NCBI GenBank assembly: GCA_964106915.2
Contig: OZ066919.1
Source of the DNA: Podarcis gaigeae
Taxonomy: Eukaryota
Reading direction: 5' to 3' (one strand)
DNA: 64,000 bases
Both the position numbers and the translations under genes were made by a program. Below, piece by piece: positions 37,771 to 50,600 of this stretch (position 1 is its first letter; each line of letters starts with the position of its first letter). The notes below the pieces were generated by a model. The model saw only the letters and a list, made by a program, of their open reading frames with translations, was not told the DNA's origin and did not search any database.

Positions 37771-40262
37771 CTAATGAGAGACAACAAGAGTCACCACCCA
37801 CACAAAAACGGGAGGACAGCCAGAACAAGAGCAACGGCAGCAAAAATAATAATAATAAAAAATTCAAAACCAAAGCAAAAAAAAAAAGGTAGTTACCGTT
37901 GTTCAAAGCCATGCAAGGGTTGTGCAAGGCAGTGCAGGGGTGGGGAGAGGATTAAGAGGGGAGAGGTGGCACACACATTCAATATACAATGGGTGGGAAG
38001 GAAGGGGTGAGGGAGGGAGAAGAGAAAGGGGGCATTATTAGTACAAATGACACCCCAAATGCATTTTTGTAATTCATCCCAAAACCTTCCCTGAGGAGTC
38101 AGGGCTGGCTCAAGATGTTTTGCCACCCCAGGTAGCTGCGCCTTGCCACCCAAGCGGTGAGCCCCAGCAGCACTTGCAACTGCAGCTGCACCCCATCTGA
38201 GATTAGTTTCCCAGCATCCTTTGCAACAATGGCAGGGAACCTGGAAGTGCTCCTCTCAGAGTGTCTGTTGCTCCGTCAATGCCCCTAAAAACATGGCGGC
38301 CCCCAAGAGACGCCTGGGGTTGCTTGTACACACAGTCCAGCCTTGCAAAAGTGTGAGCCGCCATGCTGGTTGAAGGAGGGGAATCAACAAGAGTGACGAC
38401 CCACAAGCAAAGCAAGGAAGTCCTCCAACGGTGGGTTATCAAAGCGCCAGAGGAACGTGGAGGTACAAAGAGCGTTGCCAAATAGTAAGAGTAGCCTAGC
38501 TCTCCCCCAAGATGGTGAAAACCAGACATATCATACCCACATGTGCTAATATATTTAAATGTATGCATATTTAAAAGGAATTACTGGTTCAAAAGAAGAA
38601 AGAAAAGAAGTAACAGAAGAATGAAATGGATGGCAAAACAATAAATAAGGTACAAGAAACAGGCAGGCTGGAACAGATGGCATCCCTAGTGGAGAAGGAT
38701 AGAAGAAAGAGACCTCACCAGTTCATCTCCCTTTCCAATCTATCCCAAGAGATCCAAATCCAGACACAGTGACTGGGCAGAGGGAAAACAGAAATGCTCC
38801 ATTTGACATTAAGACAACAACCCTACACACAGTGATGTTCCACTAAGTCCCACTGACATACACACACACAAACACACACACACACACAATTTTAACACCA
38901 ATATTACCCACTTGAGTGAGCACAATTATCCACCAGGACTTCCTTTTGTCTATCCTAAATCTTCCAACTTTCTGCTTCGTTGGACAACCCTGGGTTCTCA
39001 TATTATGGGAAAGCGAGAAAAACATATCTCTAACCTCCAGGTAAAGGAGGAAAAGCAAAGCAGGTCTGGGTACCAAAATCTGTAGAGTTGGAATGTAGAG
39101 CAACTGCCAATCACTATGGAGAGAACTCACTAGTTCATGAGGGGCACAACAAATCATTGCTTCCTGCTGTCATAATTAAGGGGACATTGGCATACTCAGG
39201 AAACTTGGCAACGGGCTAACCACTAGGGGCTGTAATATGAAGCAGCAGCCTAGTCAAGAAGACAGCAGCAGCGTCACACTTTGGATGTTGTAACTCGGAC
39301 ACTGTTGTAACCTGTTCTGCAAATGCACAACCTTCAGAGAATGTGGAGAACATGTTCTGCAACTTCCCACTAGCTTACGGGAAACTGGCTTTAAAAAATA
39401 GCTACGGAGAAGCTCATAGACCAGTGATGAGCAATAGAATACCATGAAGGTCCATCAAGTTGGGAGAGCAGTAAGCACAAGCTACCAGCACCTGATTCTC
39501 CCATGCAGACTATAATCCCCTACTCCACACCCCAGGCCTTCGCTGGGGGTACCCTGATCCTTAGGAGATGCTTCGCAGGGCATGCAGGGGGGAAAGGTGG
39601 GGCATTTCCTTCGCACAAGCGCTGCATTCATGCAACCTGTATCAGCACACAGAAACATATTTGCACATATTCATCTCCTGTTACTCTTGCCTCTACCTTT
39701 CTCTATTGCCTCCTCTGCTTGAAACATAAACCAAGCAGGGACCCATGTGTTAACTTACATTATCCAGCAAAGTTTACATTGATGATAATGTGTATCACAT
39801 ACAAAGATTAATGTGTGCTCCTGTGCAAATTAAGGTTGCCATATGTTCTCTTTTTCCAGGACACGTCCTCTTTTTCATGGGTATGTAAAATGAGAGTCAC
39901 AGCGATCCATAGTTAAAAGTAGAAGCCGGCAAATGTGTCCTCTTTTTTGCTCTTCAAAATATGGCAAAATATGCAAATAACATTCATTTTAGTGGGCCTT
40001 AGGTCACAACCATACCATACATTTAAAGCACTCTTATGTCAGTTTAACAGGCATCCTCTTAAAAAATCCTGGGAGCTCCAGTTTGTTAAGGGTGCTGGGA
40101 AATGTAGTTATTTGAATTATCTCCTAATAAATCTTGACACCTTTAACAAACTAAGACTCCCATGAATTATTATTATTTGGGGGGTGGGAGCCATGACTGA
40201 TAAAGTCTTTTGAATGTATTGGTAGATGTGACTTCTGTATACAAGCTCCTGGTGCACTGTGA

Positions 40263-40263
40263 C

Positions 40264-40321
<58 letters not shown>
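40263..40321. repeat. (CTTT)n tetranucleotide microsatellite
   Basis: About 14 perfect units. Confidence 0.95.
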
Positions 40322-41751
40322 GCCAGTGTGAGTTACTCTGGCTATCCTAGGTCATCTCACAAAATATGACCAAAATGTCAAAAGGCATGCCTGCAAAGTG
40401 TTTGTGACAGACCTGAGTTAGCCTCCCCACACTGGGTATCATGCCCTCTGACACTGGATCTGGCACTATTATTAGATATGTGGGGAGGTACTGCCTGAGG
40501 GCTGCAAAATGGGTTAGAGAGCCAAAATGACATCATATGGCAGATCTGTGAGTGGATGTCCAAACTTTTTTTTGGGGGGGGGGTGAGGGTGCTACTTGAA
40601 CAATGTTGTAGGTCCATCCAGTTTAGATTAGCAGTTGCACTGGAGGAACATGTGTTTAACCCTTTTCCCTGTGCAGTTTCCCTGTTCTAAATCGCCCCCA
40701 AGCTGCTATTAGCTCTGCTAGGAGAAAAACACAATGTCCCTCTATCCAGCTTCTATTTGGCCCTCTAGAGAGGTCAATTAACAGAGCAACTCCTCTGATC
40801 AAAATCAGAGCTCCCAAGCAGCTACTTTAAAGTTAAAGGTTACTTGGGAGATCCATTGTTGAAGGTTAATTGAGGACTAATCATGGGGGAAAATAGTTTT
40901 AATAGTTTTTAAAACCCTTGCACACGTGCATGCGCGTGCACACACACACAGTTTTGCAGTGTTGCCAAGTTGGGGGTAGCTTGTTGTGAGAAAATTTTGT
41001 ATATTTCAGTATGAGAATGCAAAGTGTCTCATTCCTCTTATGGATGCCCCTTATTCATGCATATGTGCAAGAATTCTCAAACATTTGGCAACACGGCTGC
41101 ATCTCATTGGTCCAGCTAACTGGCCCTGTGTCTCATAGGATGTTACTCAATCTAGGCAGTATTAGCTCATCACCAAAGATATAATTCAGTGAAAGGTTCA
41201 CTGGGGCCTTGGTTAGGGCTTGTGCAATTCCAGTACCAGGAAGAAGGTGGCAATAATTAGCCCTGACTGACAGGAGGAATGCAGGATCTTAAAAAAGAAA
41301 AGAAAATGTAAACAGCATCGCTTCTTGGCAGGGTCTGTAGCTGAATGAACACACAGATCAAAATACCAACAAGCATGCTAAGTGTTATTAAAGCAGGAGT
41401 GGAGAATCTGCAGCCTTTTAGATGTTGCTGGACTACAACTCCCATTATCCCTAACCATTTACTGCACTGCCTGGGACTGACAGGAGCTGGAGCCTAACAG
41501 CATCTGGTGGACCACAGGTCCCCCATCCCTTGAACTGAAGTATTTTTAGATTTTCGAAACAAAGGGAAAAAGAAAAGAGTGGGGTTGTTGTGTTAAAAGT
41601 TTCAAAATGTGCCTCTAACCTAGATACATTAAGGAAACTGTTTTCCTTCAAGCATTTTCCTGATGTGCCCATCAGTCTCACTAATCCTGCTCATCATGCC
41701 ATCTTTTGCTAACAACATCATTGTCAACAACATGGGCTTATTGGAATAATA

Positions 41752-41993
41752 CAGTGGTACCTCGGGTTAAGAACTTAATTCATTCTGGAGGTTTGTTTTT
41801 AACCTGAAACTGTTCTGAACCTGAGGTACCACTTTAGCTAATGGGGCCTCCTGCTGCTGCCGTGCCGCGACGGCGCAATTTCTGTTCTCATCCTGAAGCA
41901 AAGTTCTTAACCCGAGGTACTATTTCTGGGTTAGGAGAGTCTGTAACTTGAAGCGTCTGTAACCTGAAGCATCTGTAACCCAAGGTACCACTG
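41752..41993. mobile_element. Tc1/mariner (Tigger-like) MITE
   Basis: TA|cagtggtacctcgggtta ... taacccaaggtaccactg|TA. Confidence 0.9.
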
Positions 41994-44525
41994 TACAGCA
42001 TAGCAGTTAAGAAGTTGGAGAAAATGGCACCCATGGTTAAGTGCTCAAAGAGATCTTGAATTAAGGCTCTGATTTTGGCATCAAGACTCTGGCAATGGGA
42101 CAGCATCCCTCACCGCACCTGAGAGCAACAGACTAGTTAGGGGCGGGCTGCATGGAGTGGCACACAAAGCTCTGCCCTCTAACCACCACCCAAGCATCTA
42201 CTGCCTGAGGTGTCCCCTTCGCTATGTCTAATGGCAGGCCCAGCCCAATTCCTTTCTTCTATTTTATAGAAGTGCGGAATATCAGTCAAGGCTAGAAGCT
42301 ACATCCTCTACCTCAGAATTTTTCTCTCTCTCTCTCCTAATCCCTGATGTGCACAGACTGACTGTCATTACCTTGTGTTATAAGGCAATGACAACATGTT
42401 GCTTCTCCTCCCAGAGGCCAGGTTTTAGAAATAGGTCCTTGGCCAAACCCTGGTTCAAATTAAGCTGTGCTTTAGACAGGGGTATCAACTTGAATAAAAT
42501 ATTGTGGGGGGCCCAGGTAAGCCCCGTCTGACATATTCAATCACATGATGCAGTGCACACACCTTGTTTGAATGTGAATGCCCATCAACTTTGTGGGGGC
42601 CTGCCTAGGAGTTGGCTCCTATGGCTCTAGATCAGATAAAGGAAACCTAAGGTACTTCAGATGTAGCTGGGACTCCAACTCCCATCAACCCCAGGCATCA
42701 TGGCTAGCTTTCTCTGTTTCTCCACCTTCTCCTGTGTGCCACATCTCAGTTTCCTAGCCAGGCCTTCCTTCTCTGCACTAGGCACCTTTGTATTCCAAAG
42801 CATGCAACGAATGAATACACCAGATGTATTTCTCACTCCAATACGGCCAGCCTCTTTTGTTCCCTCTCTGTGTGCAACAAGTTGCACTGCATACAGTAAA
42901 GGTGAGGACAGGAAGTGAAGCTGAAATCAGTGTTGCGGCATCTGTTGCCCGGCAGTATTGCTAGATGTGGTTTTCCAAGGTAATTGTGTTTTTCTTGGTG
43001 TGGAGCAAATGTCTTGGGACAGCCTTGTTTTGTTATTAGTCTGCGCTGTGGAAGCTGAGAGAGGGAGTGGGATGAGCAAAAACAGAAGCTGAGTTTCTGA
43101 TCACTGTAAAGCTTTGAGAAAGGAGCGAGGCCTTTTCAGATTATCAAGGATAGAATGTTAAACCCACTCAGAGAGTAATCCTAACTGAATACAGTCAGAT
43201 TATGCCCACATGTTCATTATTACTGTGCAGTGAACTAGGAGAAGAGAAATGCTCTTCCTGCCCCTTAACTCAACATTCACACATTGAGGGCTGACCATAG
43301 CTCAGTGGGAGAGCACCTGCCAGGTTTAATCCCTGGGATTTTTTGTCTCACTTTTGTTACACAAGAGCGCCCTTTCATTTGGCTATAATGCAGGAAAACA
43401 CTGGGGTAAACATCACAGAACTGGTAAATCAAAGCGATGTGTGGATAGTCAAGTCAATCCACCACTAATGTACTATTATTGTGTCAATGACATGTTGAAA
43501 GTACACCTGTAAAACAAAACAAAACACCTCAGTCTGCAGGGACCCTCAGGCAATCTCCAAACGCCAGGCAAAAAGCATTTTGAGGACATAACAAACAGGG
43601 CTTGCTTTCCAACTGATAGGTAGCTTTATTCTTAGCTCCCTCTTAGGCTATCTAAAAATATCTGTAACACAAGCATGAGCCTGGTGGATGTTTTTCCCCC
43701 CACATGGCAATGGATTGTCAGCAGGAACAGAAAAGGGTGGATCTGTGCGACGCAGAGCATTGTTTACTTGGGTTCTTTCTGCTAAATTTGCAAGCAAAAA
43801 GGGTCATAGATTGGTTGCCACTGGGTGCTGAGTCATCTGACTTCCGCTCAGCAAAATGGCAAAGGCAAAAATCAGTGACTAAGATGGAGGAGCTTTCACT
43901 TGCCTGAGAAACTAGCAGCTAGGCAGCCACGAAGACTTTCAAAGCGAAGGATGCAGCCTTAAACACACTTACTTGGGTGTAGGTTTTGAATAAACTTCTT
44001 TGGATTTGGTGAAGGAGACCTTGAATTAGCACTGATTCTTTAAAAGTGGTATGTCATGTGAGTTATCAACAATATCAAGCCAATCTTTTTAAAAATAAAA
44101 GCAAGCACAAAGTTCTCCTAGAGAAGTATTGGAAAGAATTGCTTTCAGAAAAAGCTGTTTTCTATGACACCTATGCAAAAACCAGCAGCTAAAGTTAACA
44201 TGGTCACCTGCTAGCTGCTCCAGATCAATCCAGTTTTAAAGGAACAGCCACAGAGGTGGATTCAAAAGCTGGTAACACAAAGCTGGAGCCCATGAAGAAG
44301 GCTGAAAGGGCAGAAAGCAGGGAGAGAAATACTAGGGAGAGCCAGAGCCAATAACAGGCACCGCCAAATAATTCTACTTTCCCCCCTATCCTCATTCCTA
44401 CTGAATTCTACAAGGGCAACACTTGAGACTAAGGAGAAGGAGATATAGGCAGTGCTATCCCTTGGACTGGTTGTAAGCAAGAAGTTAGGCAGGTGGGGCT
44501 GTCAGAGGGCAGACTGAGGTTGGTG

Positions 44526-44864
44526 CAGGGGCAGAGGAAGGGGGGCAGAGGGGTGGGCCGCCCCAAGTGCCACTTCGGGGGACACACAAGATGGCACCTG
44601 CCTCCCCCCAGCTGTAGAGCAGCCGAGGGCATGCACAATCCGTACTGCTGCCGCTCACACAGTGTCCGTATGGGATGTTGCTTGTGCAGCAGCCCATATG
44701 GACACCATGCAAGTGGCAGCCCATGTGGAGTGTGCATGTGCAGCATTCCGTACAGACTGCGCACACATGAAATGCCACACATGCACAGTCTGTATGGAAT
44801 ACCGCACATGCGCACTCCATACGGGCTGCCCCGCCCCGGGTGCCAGAGGGTTCCTCCGCCACTG
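44526..44864. mobile_element. hAT non-autonomous element with internal palindrome
   Basis: TIR caggggcagaggaa / ttcctccgccactg; perfect 8-bp TSD GGTTGGTG at 44518-44525 and 44865-44872. Confidence 0.88.
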
Positions 44865-44982
44865 GGTTGGTGGGGCAGTGCTTCATTTGCCCAAATGGAT
44901 CAACTTTCACTTAGTATGCTGTAGATGTAGAATCAGGTTTCATGTCTGGAAGTTTGACACTTCTGTGTATTTTGTTTATATA

Positions 44983-45221
44983 AAGTGGTACCTCCGGTTA
45001 CGAACTTAATTCATTCCAGAGGTCCGTTCTTAACCCAAAACCATTCTTAACATGAGGCACGCTTTCGCTAATGTGGCCTCCCGCTGCTGCTGTGTCGCCG
45101 GCACGTGACACGTCGCATCCCAGGGCAGAGTTCGCAACCAGGAGCATCTACTTCCAGGTTAGTGGAGCTCATTACCTGAAGCGTTCGTAAGGAGGACAGT
45201 AGGTAACCCAAGGTTCCACTG
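44983..45221. mobile_element. Tc1/mariner (Tigger-like) MITE, related to 41752-41993
   Basis: TA|aagtggtacctccggttacgaacttaattcattcc ... taacccaaggttccactg|TA. Confidence 0.85.
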
Positions 45222-47227
45222 TATTAAGGAATCAATAAAGAACTACAGCCAGGCTGCATTCAATCAAGGTAGATGATGCTTATAAATAGACCTCATCACT
45301 TAAAAAGAAGGAAGGACAGAGAGAGAGAAATACTTTTAGCCGCTAGGAAAAAAATGTCTCCAGCTATTCCATCACCAAATAACAAGTACTTGTGGCTTTT
45401 TTTAAGCATAAATCGTGTGCTCAAAAATAAAAATGCTGACTGCAGTTTGACTTCAAGAAAGACGACATGATGCTTTCAGATTTTATGAAATCAGCCTGGT
45501 GGATTCATTCATTGGTGCCAGCCCATTCATTGGAAGGCCAGGGCATTTGCTGTGTGAAGCTCTTGCAAGTGCTGCTATTGCCAGGACTGGGAAATGGATT
45601 AGGAACAATGGCACAACTGAATCCTGAACACAAGATCAGAGCAAAATTATAGCCAGCCTAAAGCCAAGGCTCCCTAATGGCAAGGATAGCCTCTATCACA
45701 ATTGTTCTGTGATGAGCAAGGAGGTAGCTCACTCGCCAGCTGAGATCCGCCCTGGAGCCTGGATCTGCCTGCAAAAGGCAGAGCTAATCTGCTGGCTGCA
45801 CTTGGCTGCCAACCCTTAACTCATTCTTTCTCTCTGCTTCCATTTTAGGCATATAGAACGGGCTCAGCACTGAGAGAGAAATACATGCTAAGTTGGGAAC
45901 AGGATAAGTCAAGAATAGCCAGCTAGGGAGTTTTGTGTTTGTTGCATAAGATGAGCCCAAGGGAAAAGCAACTGCCCAGATGCCTGCTTTCCTTCCCTTG
46001 TTTGCTGCTGTATCATGCAACCAATAAGGCCAGGATAGTTGGAGAAGAAGGACAGGCAGCTGGGCTGCCACATCACCGGAGCAGGAAAAGACAGGCAACA
46101 GGCAAGATAACTGACTCATAGAGCTACAAGAGTTCTAGCTTGGTTGAAAAGTGGCACTATACACCTGAGTGCCTTATTCAGAACCAGGTTTGTGAGACAC
46201 TCCAGCATCTGCAGGTAGCTGTGACTTCCAGGCAGAACAGAAGCACCTGCCACCCTAGGTAGTGTAGCCAAAATGAGGATACATTCACCTTGCTAGGCCA
46301 TAGCAAAGGGCCATGCAGTCCAGAATTTGGTCTCCAGCTGTAGTTAGCCACATGACCTTCTCATCGTGTGTGTGTGTTTAGAAATTTTTCAGTTATCCCC
46401 TGATCCAAGGAGGGCACAGTAACACCTTTTATTCCAAAACCTAGAGAACCAAAACTACTTAGAAAGTTCTGCCTTTTGTGGAACCTCTTAATCTACCCTT
46501 TGCAACCTCTTAAACTGATCTGAATTTTGGGAAACACTACCAAGGCCAAGGGTAGCTCAGCTTGCAGCTGAGTTCTAGTTTTAGTGCTCAGCGTTGAAGG
46601 TTTGAAGAAGCAGAGACTATGTGGGTGTGAGACAATAAGAAACAGGGGAAGGAAGAAGACAGAGTACGAGTTAGGGGTGGCAGTCAGCTAAGCTTTACTC
46701 AGAGTACACCCATTTAAAGTAGTGAACATGACTAAGCTTGGCCCATTAATTTCAGTGGGTCTACTCTGAGTTAAACATAGTTGAATACCACCCAGTACTA
46801 TTTTGTGGGAGAGGATTGGAAAAATGCAAACACAAATGGTAAGCTGCAAAGAGGGAGGCTGGGACAGACTTAAAAACTTGTTTGGGGAGGACTCTAGCCA
46901 CTAAGCAACCACACACCTAAATGGTACTGACCCCAGCCACAGCCTCTTTCCATGGCTCCCTCATGGCGCCTACCAATAGGGGCCTGGAGGCTCCCCACAG
47001 CTCCTGCTCAGGACTGGTGGCCTCTTTCTACCCCTTCCTGGCCAGTGCTGCCCCACAGGCAAATCTTGTCCAGACTGAGCTTCAGATCCTCCACACTCTT
47101 CCCACAGAAACAACTGCTTATTGTTGAAGAAAGCTGAGCTGCTAGCCCTCAGGAAGGAGCTCTATAATCTAGTAGCAACAAACCACAACTCCTCAATTCT
47201 CCAGTTTGAGAGTTATGGCTCTTAAGT

Positions 47228-47497
47228 CAGGGATAGGGAACCATTGGCCCTCTAGACCAGGGTGTCTAGTTGTTTTGGACTACACCTCCCATCTTCCCTA
47301 GATAGCAGGACAAAGTGGCCAGGGATGATGGGAATTGAAGTCCCAAAACAGCTGGAGACCCAAGGTTGGGGAAACCCTGCTCTAGATGTTGCTGAACTAT
47401 ATAACTCTCATCAGCCCCAGCAAGCATGGCCAACGGCCAGGGATGATGGTAGTTGAAGTTCAGCAACATCTGGAGGGCCAGAAGTGCCCCGCCCCAG
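47228..47497. mobile_element. Nested hAT hairpin MITEs (inner copy 47258-47379)
   Basis: Outer MITE is split at ctctaga, which is duplicated (CTCTAGAC / CTCTAGAT) around an inner caggg...ccctg element. Confidence 0.75.
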
Positions 47498-47543
47498 CAC
47501 CCGTTCTGGGTTGACCCTGATCATTCCCTCTCATATTTCTCAC

Positions 47544-47667
47544 CTGGAAGATCAATAATGAGCCACCCATCTTCTTCTTCTTCTTTAGAGACAAACGGCT
47601 TAGGTTCCTCAAGGTCCTCAGGTGCACTGGTGTCACTGAAGAAGAGGCTGGTGAAGCGCTGGAACAT
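47544..47667 (-). CDS. TP53INP2: TP53INP2 (DOR) first coding exon; LIR motif EEDGWLII
   Basis: ccagccATG; reads MFQRFTSLFFSDTSAPEDLEEPKPFVSKEEEEDGWLIIDLP; donor CAG|GTGAGA; in-frame upstream TAG at 47815-47817; probable acceptor ttccctttctttggcag| gives an exon start at 47892. Confidence 0.94.
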
Positions 47668-48338
47668 GGCTGGAGAATTATTTCGGAGGTGGACTTGGGA
47701 ATGAGTTTGTAGGCGCTGGCTTGAGCGTGTGGAAGCTGGTGTGGAGGCAGGAGCACGAGTTGGGGAGTGTTGGGTGGACGGATTCCTTGCCAAGGGCGGG
47801 AGCTGCTTGTTTTCCTAAGCGGAGTCTTATCTGAGTTGAGTTACGTAGATAGTGCAATCATAAGGTTCTTCACTTGGCTTCAGTGCAAAGGCCTGCCAAA
47901 GAAAGGGAAAATTCATTCAGGCCAAACACTGATGGAATCACGAGGAACTCAGATGGCCCGGAGGAAGGGTGAGAAGGGAACCCTTGCATGAACCGTCATC
48001 CCAATTCATCATGGCCATTTCCCTTTATTCTGCCTCCTACACATAGTGCCTTCTCAACTGCATTCCCACTGGGCTGCCTGATGGGCCTTCCTCACTTTTA
48101 CTATAGAAATAAACACCTCGCAAGACAGCTGAGTTGAGTTCTCTCACCCTATGGGTGCCCCAGGCAAGGAGTAGCCTGTTCTCTTTGATTATGGTTAACC
48201 TACTTCCCCTCACATGGGGAAGAAAACAAGTGTGGCTTCTCTTATGCCAACCTGGAGCCCTGCAGATGTTTTGGATGCCAACTCCCACCAGCCCCAGCTA
48301 GCTGGGGGGGCACCAGGTGGGCGAAGGAGGCTCTAAGG

Positions 48339-48648
48339 CAGGGGTCAGCAAGCTAAGGCCCATGGGCCACAAGTGGCCCTTGGGAAAAATTTAACCAGCC
48401 CATGGACCCCCATCACCTACTATGTCGGCTCCCGTGTGCCACGCTAAACCAGAGCAGAACAGAGTGGGGACTGCCTTCCGCAACACTGGCCAGCTTCCCA
48501 TTGGCTGCAGGAAGCTCCGCACGCCTCCTCTGCGCCAGAAAGAGCACAGGAAATGGCATTTGCGCATGCATGCGCGTGCACTCCAGCCCACCGTGGCATC
48601 TGTGGGACCGTGAACCGGCCCAAGCCACAAAAACTTTGTCGACCCCTG
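48339..48648. mobile_element. hAT-Charlie-like non-autonomous element
   Basis: TIR caggggtcagcaa / ttgtcgacccctg; degenerate 8-bp TSD CTCTAAGG / CCCTAAGC. Confidence 0.75.
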
Positions 48649-49162
48649 CCCTAAGCCTTGTGGTGCATGTGCTAAGCACCAGTCTGGAATACTGTAAGGA
48701 AAAGTAGATCACCATTGTGTGAGTTTCTGTGTGTGCCTGTCACAGCTCAGACAACTGCCCCTTTCCATATTCCCCCTGACCACAGCAGTGGGAGATAGGT
48801 GGCATGGTTCATTTATATTCAGATATATCCCTGCCTAAGATCTTTGTTCCTCCAGCTCTTCCATCCCTCACCATCTTAGGAGGTTTCTTGCTCCCTCCAA
48901 AGACTTTGCACTTCCTCCCTTGCTGCCCCCATGATATAGCATCCCTGAACACCTCTGTGATGCTCTTTCCCTTTCTTTAAATCCTTCCCCAAAGCCCACC
49001 ATTCTTCTAAAGCATTTGGCACAACACTGCCATTCCCTTGCTCCACTGTAATTCAGCTTGTAACTAAAGATGCCCTTCAGTCTTCCTTTTCATTGCACAG
49101 TCATGAGGATTTGTGCTCTTGATGCCATGGGAGTAGCTGTACGAGAGCCATACGAGCTATAG

Positions 49163-49290
49163 GAGAGCCAGTGTGGTGTAGCTGTTAAGAGTGCTGAATT
49201 AGGCCCTGGGAGACTATGGTTCAGATCTCCACTCAGCCATGAAGCTCACTGGGTGGTCTTGGGCCAGTCAGCTCCCCTCAGCCTAGCTTT
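49163..49290 (+). mobile_element. tRNA-derived MIR/L2-type SINE, 3'-truncated
   Basis: gagagccagtgtggtgtag...gccatgaagctcactgggtg...gggccagtca, the same family as 52179 and 62125. Confidence 0.7.
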
Positions 49291-50444
49291 GGTTTGTTCT
49301 GTGATGCTTCTTCAAATCCACCACATTATTGCTGTAGGGGCTATAGCACAACTAAAGGAGGACAACCCATACCCCACCCCAAGAACAAATGCTCTGGTTT
49401 TCATGGCTTGCTTTTGCTGCAGTATAGTCCATCTGGACAGCATAACTGGTAGCATTAAGAAGCATCAGAAGGACTGTTAATAAAGCAGAATAAATGCACC
49501 GCCCAGTACACTATCATTGTGCCAAGCGCATGTTGCGGAATACTATCCAATATTCTTAAACCCTGTGCTATGCTGGCTCTGAACTTGTCAAAACTCAGTG
49601 AATGAGGTAAATAGCTTGCTTTCTTGGACTCAGCTATACAGCTGCAAATAAAACGTTTTAAATGTGCTGTAAAGTGCAACATACAAATGTGACACTAGAT
49701 GGCAACAGTGAGCTTTGCCAAATTCAATGTATTTTTCAAAACTTTTTTTTCAAAAAAGCATTTTCACACCGTTTTTTATATGTGTGTAGATTCCACCCTT
49801 TTGTCTTTTTAAGTATTTGAAAACTGGCAGCACGTTCATCCAGAACCAGAGGAGAGACATCAAGATCCAGTTTTTCTTTTGGGATCTTAGACTGTGATGG
49901 ATCGGATCTCCAAGAATCCTTTAGAAGAGGGAACATTTGGATTTGTTTGTCAGAGAAATTCCTTCCTATCACTTTGCCTTTATCTGCTCAGCTTCCATCT
50001 GTTCCTACAGCAAAGGGCTTCCATTAATCAGCGCAGCCTATTTAATCAGCACAATGCATCACTAATAACTGCACCCACTTATTACAAAGCGCTGTCTGGT
50101 CAGACCCGTGGGCAGGGCTATAGCAAATCAATCTGACATGCAACCACCCCATGAGGGATCTGCTGGTAGTCTCAAGACCATAGAAAACAGCATTTTCATG
50201 GAGGAACAAAGTGCTCCTATGTTGTTGTCACAACAATCCTGTGACGTACGTTAGACTAGAAGAGAGCGAGTGGCCGAGCAGTGATTTGAATTCAGAACCC
50301 TACTATATCACATTATCTTTCCCCAACTCAGTTGCCCATGGAGGCTAGCCTTAAGGCTTTCTTATGTGCCCAGGAAAGCTTTCAATTAGGGACTTCAGGG
50401 ATGAACCTACTTACTCCATTATGCTATACGGTTCCTTTCCCTGC

Positions 50445-50600
50445 ATATCAAAGAACATAAATGCTCTGTTGGATCAGGCCAAAGACCCATATAGCTCATT
50501 GTCCTGTTCTCACAGCAGCCAACCAGATAGATATTGGAAGCCCACAAACAGCACTTGAACACATCAGCACTCTCCACACTCATGTTCCCCAGCAAATGAA
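50445..50600 (-). mobile_element. CR1 LINE 3'-end fragment
   Basis: aagaacata...tggatcaggcca...tcctgttctcacagcagcc; reverse-complement match to 59120-59200 and similar to 29790-29900. Confidence 0.6.

Noticed and set aside
44429-45009. Metallothionein- or keratin-associated-like Cys-rich protein gene
   Set aside because: Coincides with a TIR- and TSD-bounded hAT element; Cys/His bias comes from TG/CA-rich decayed palindromic DNA.
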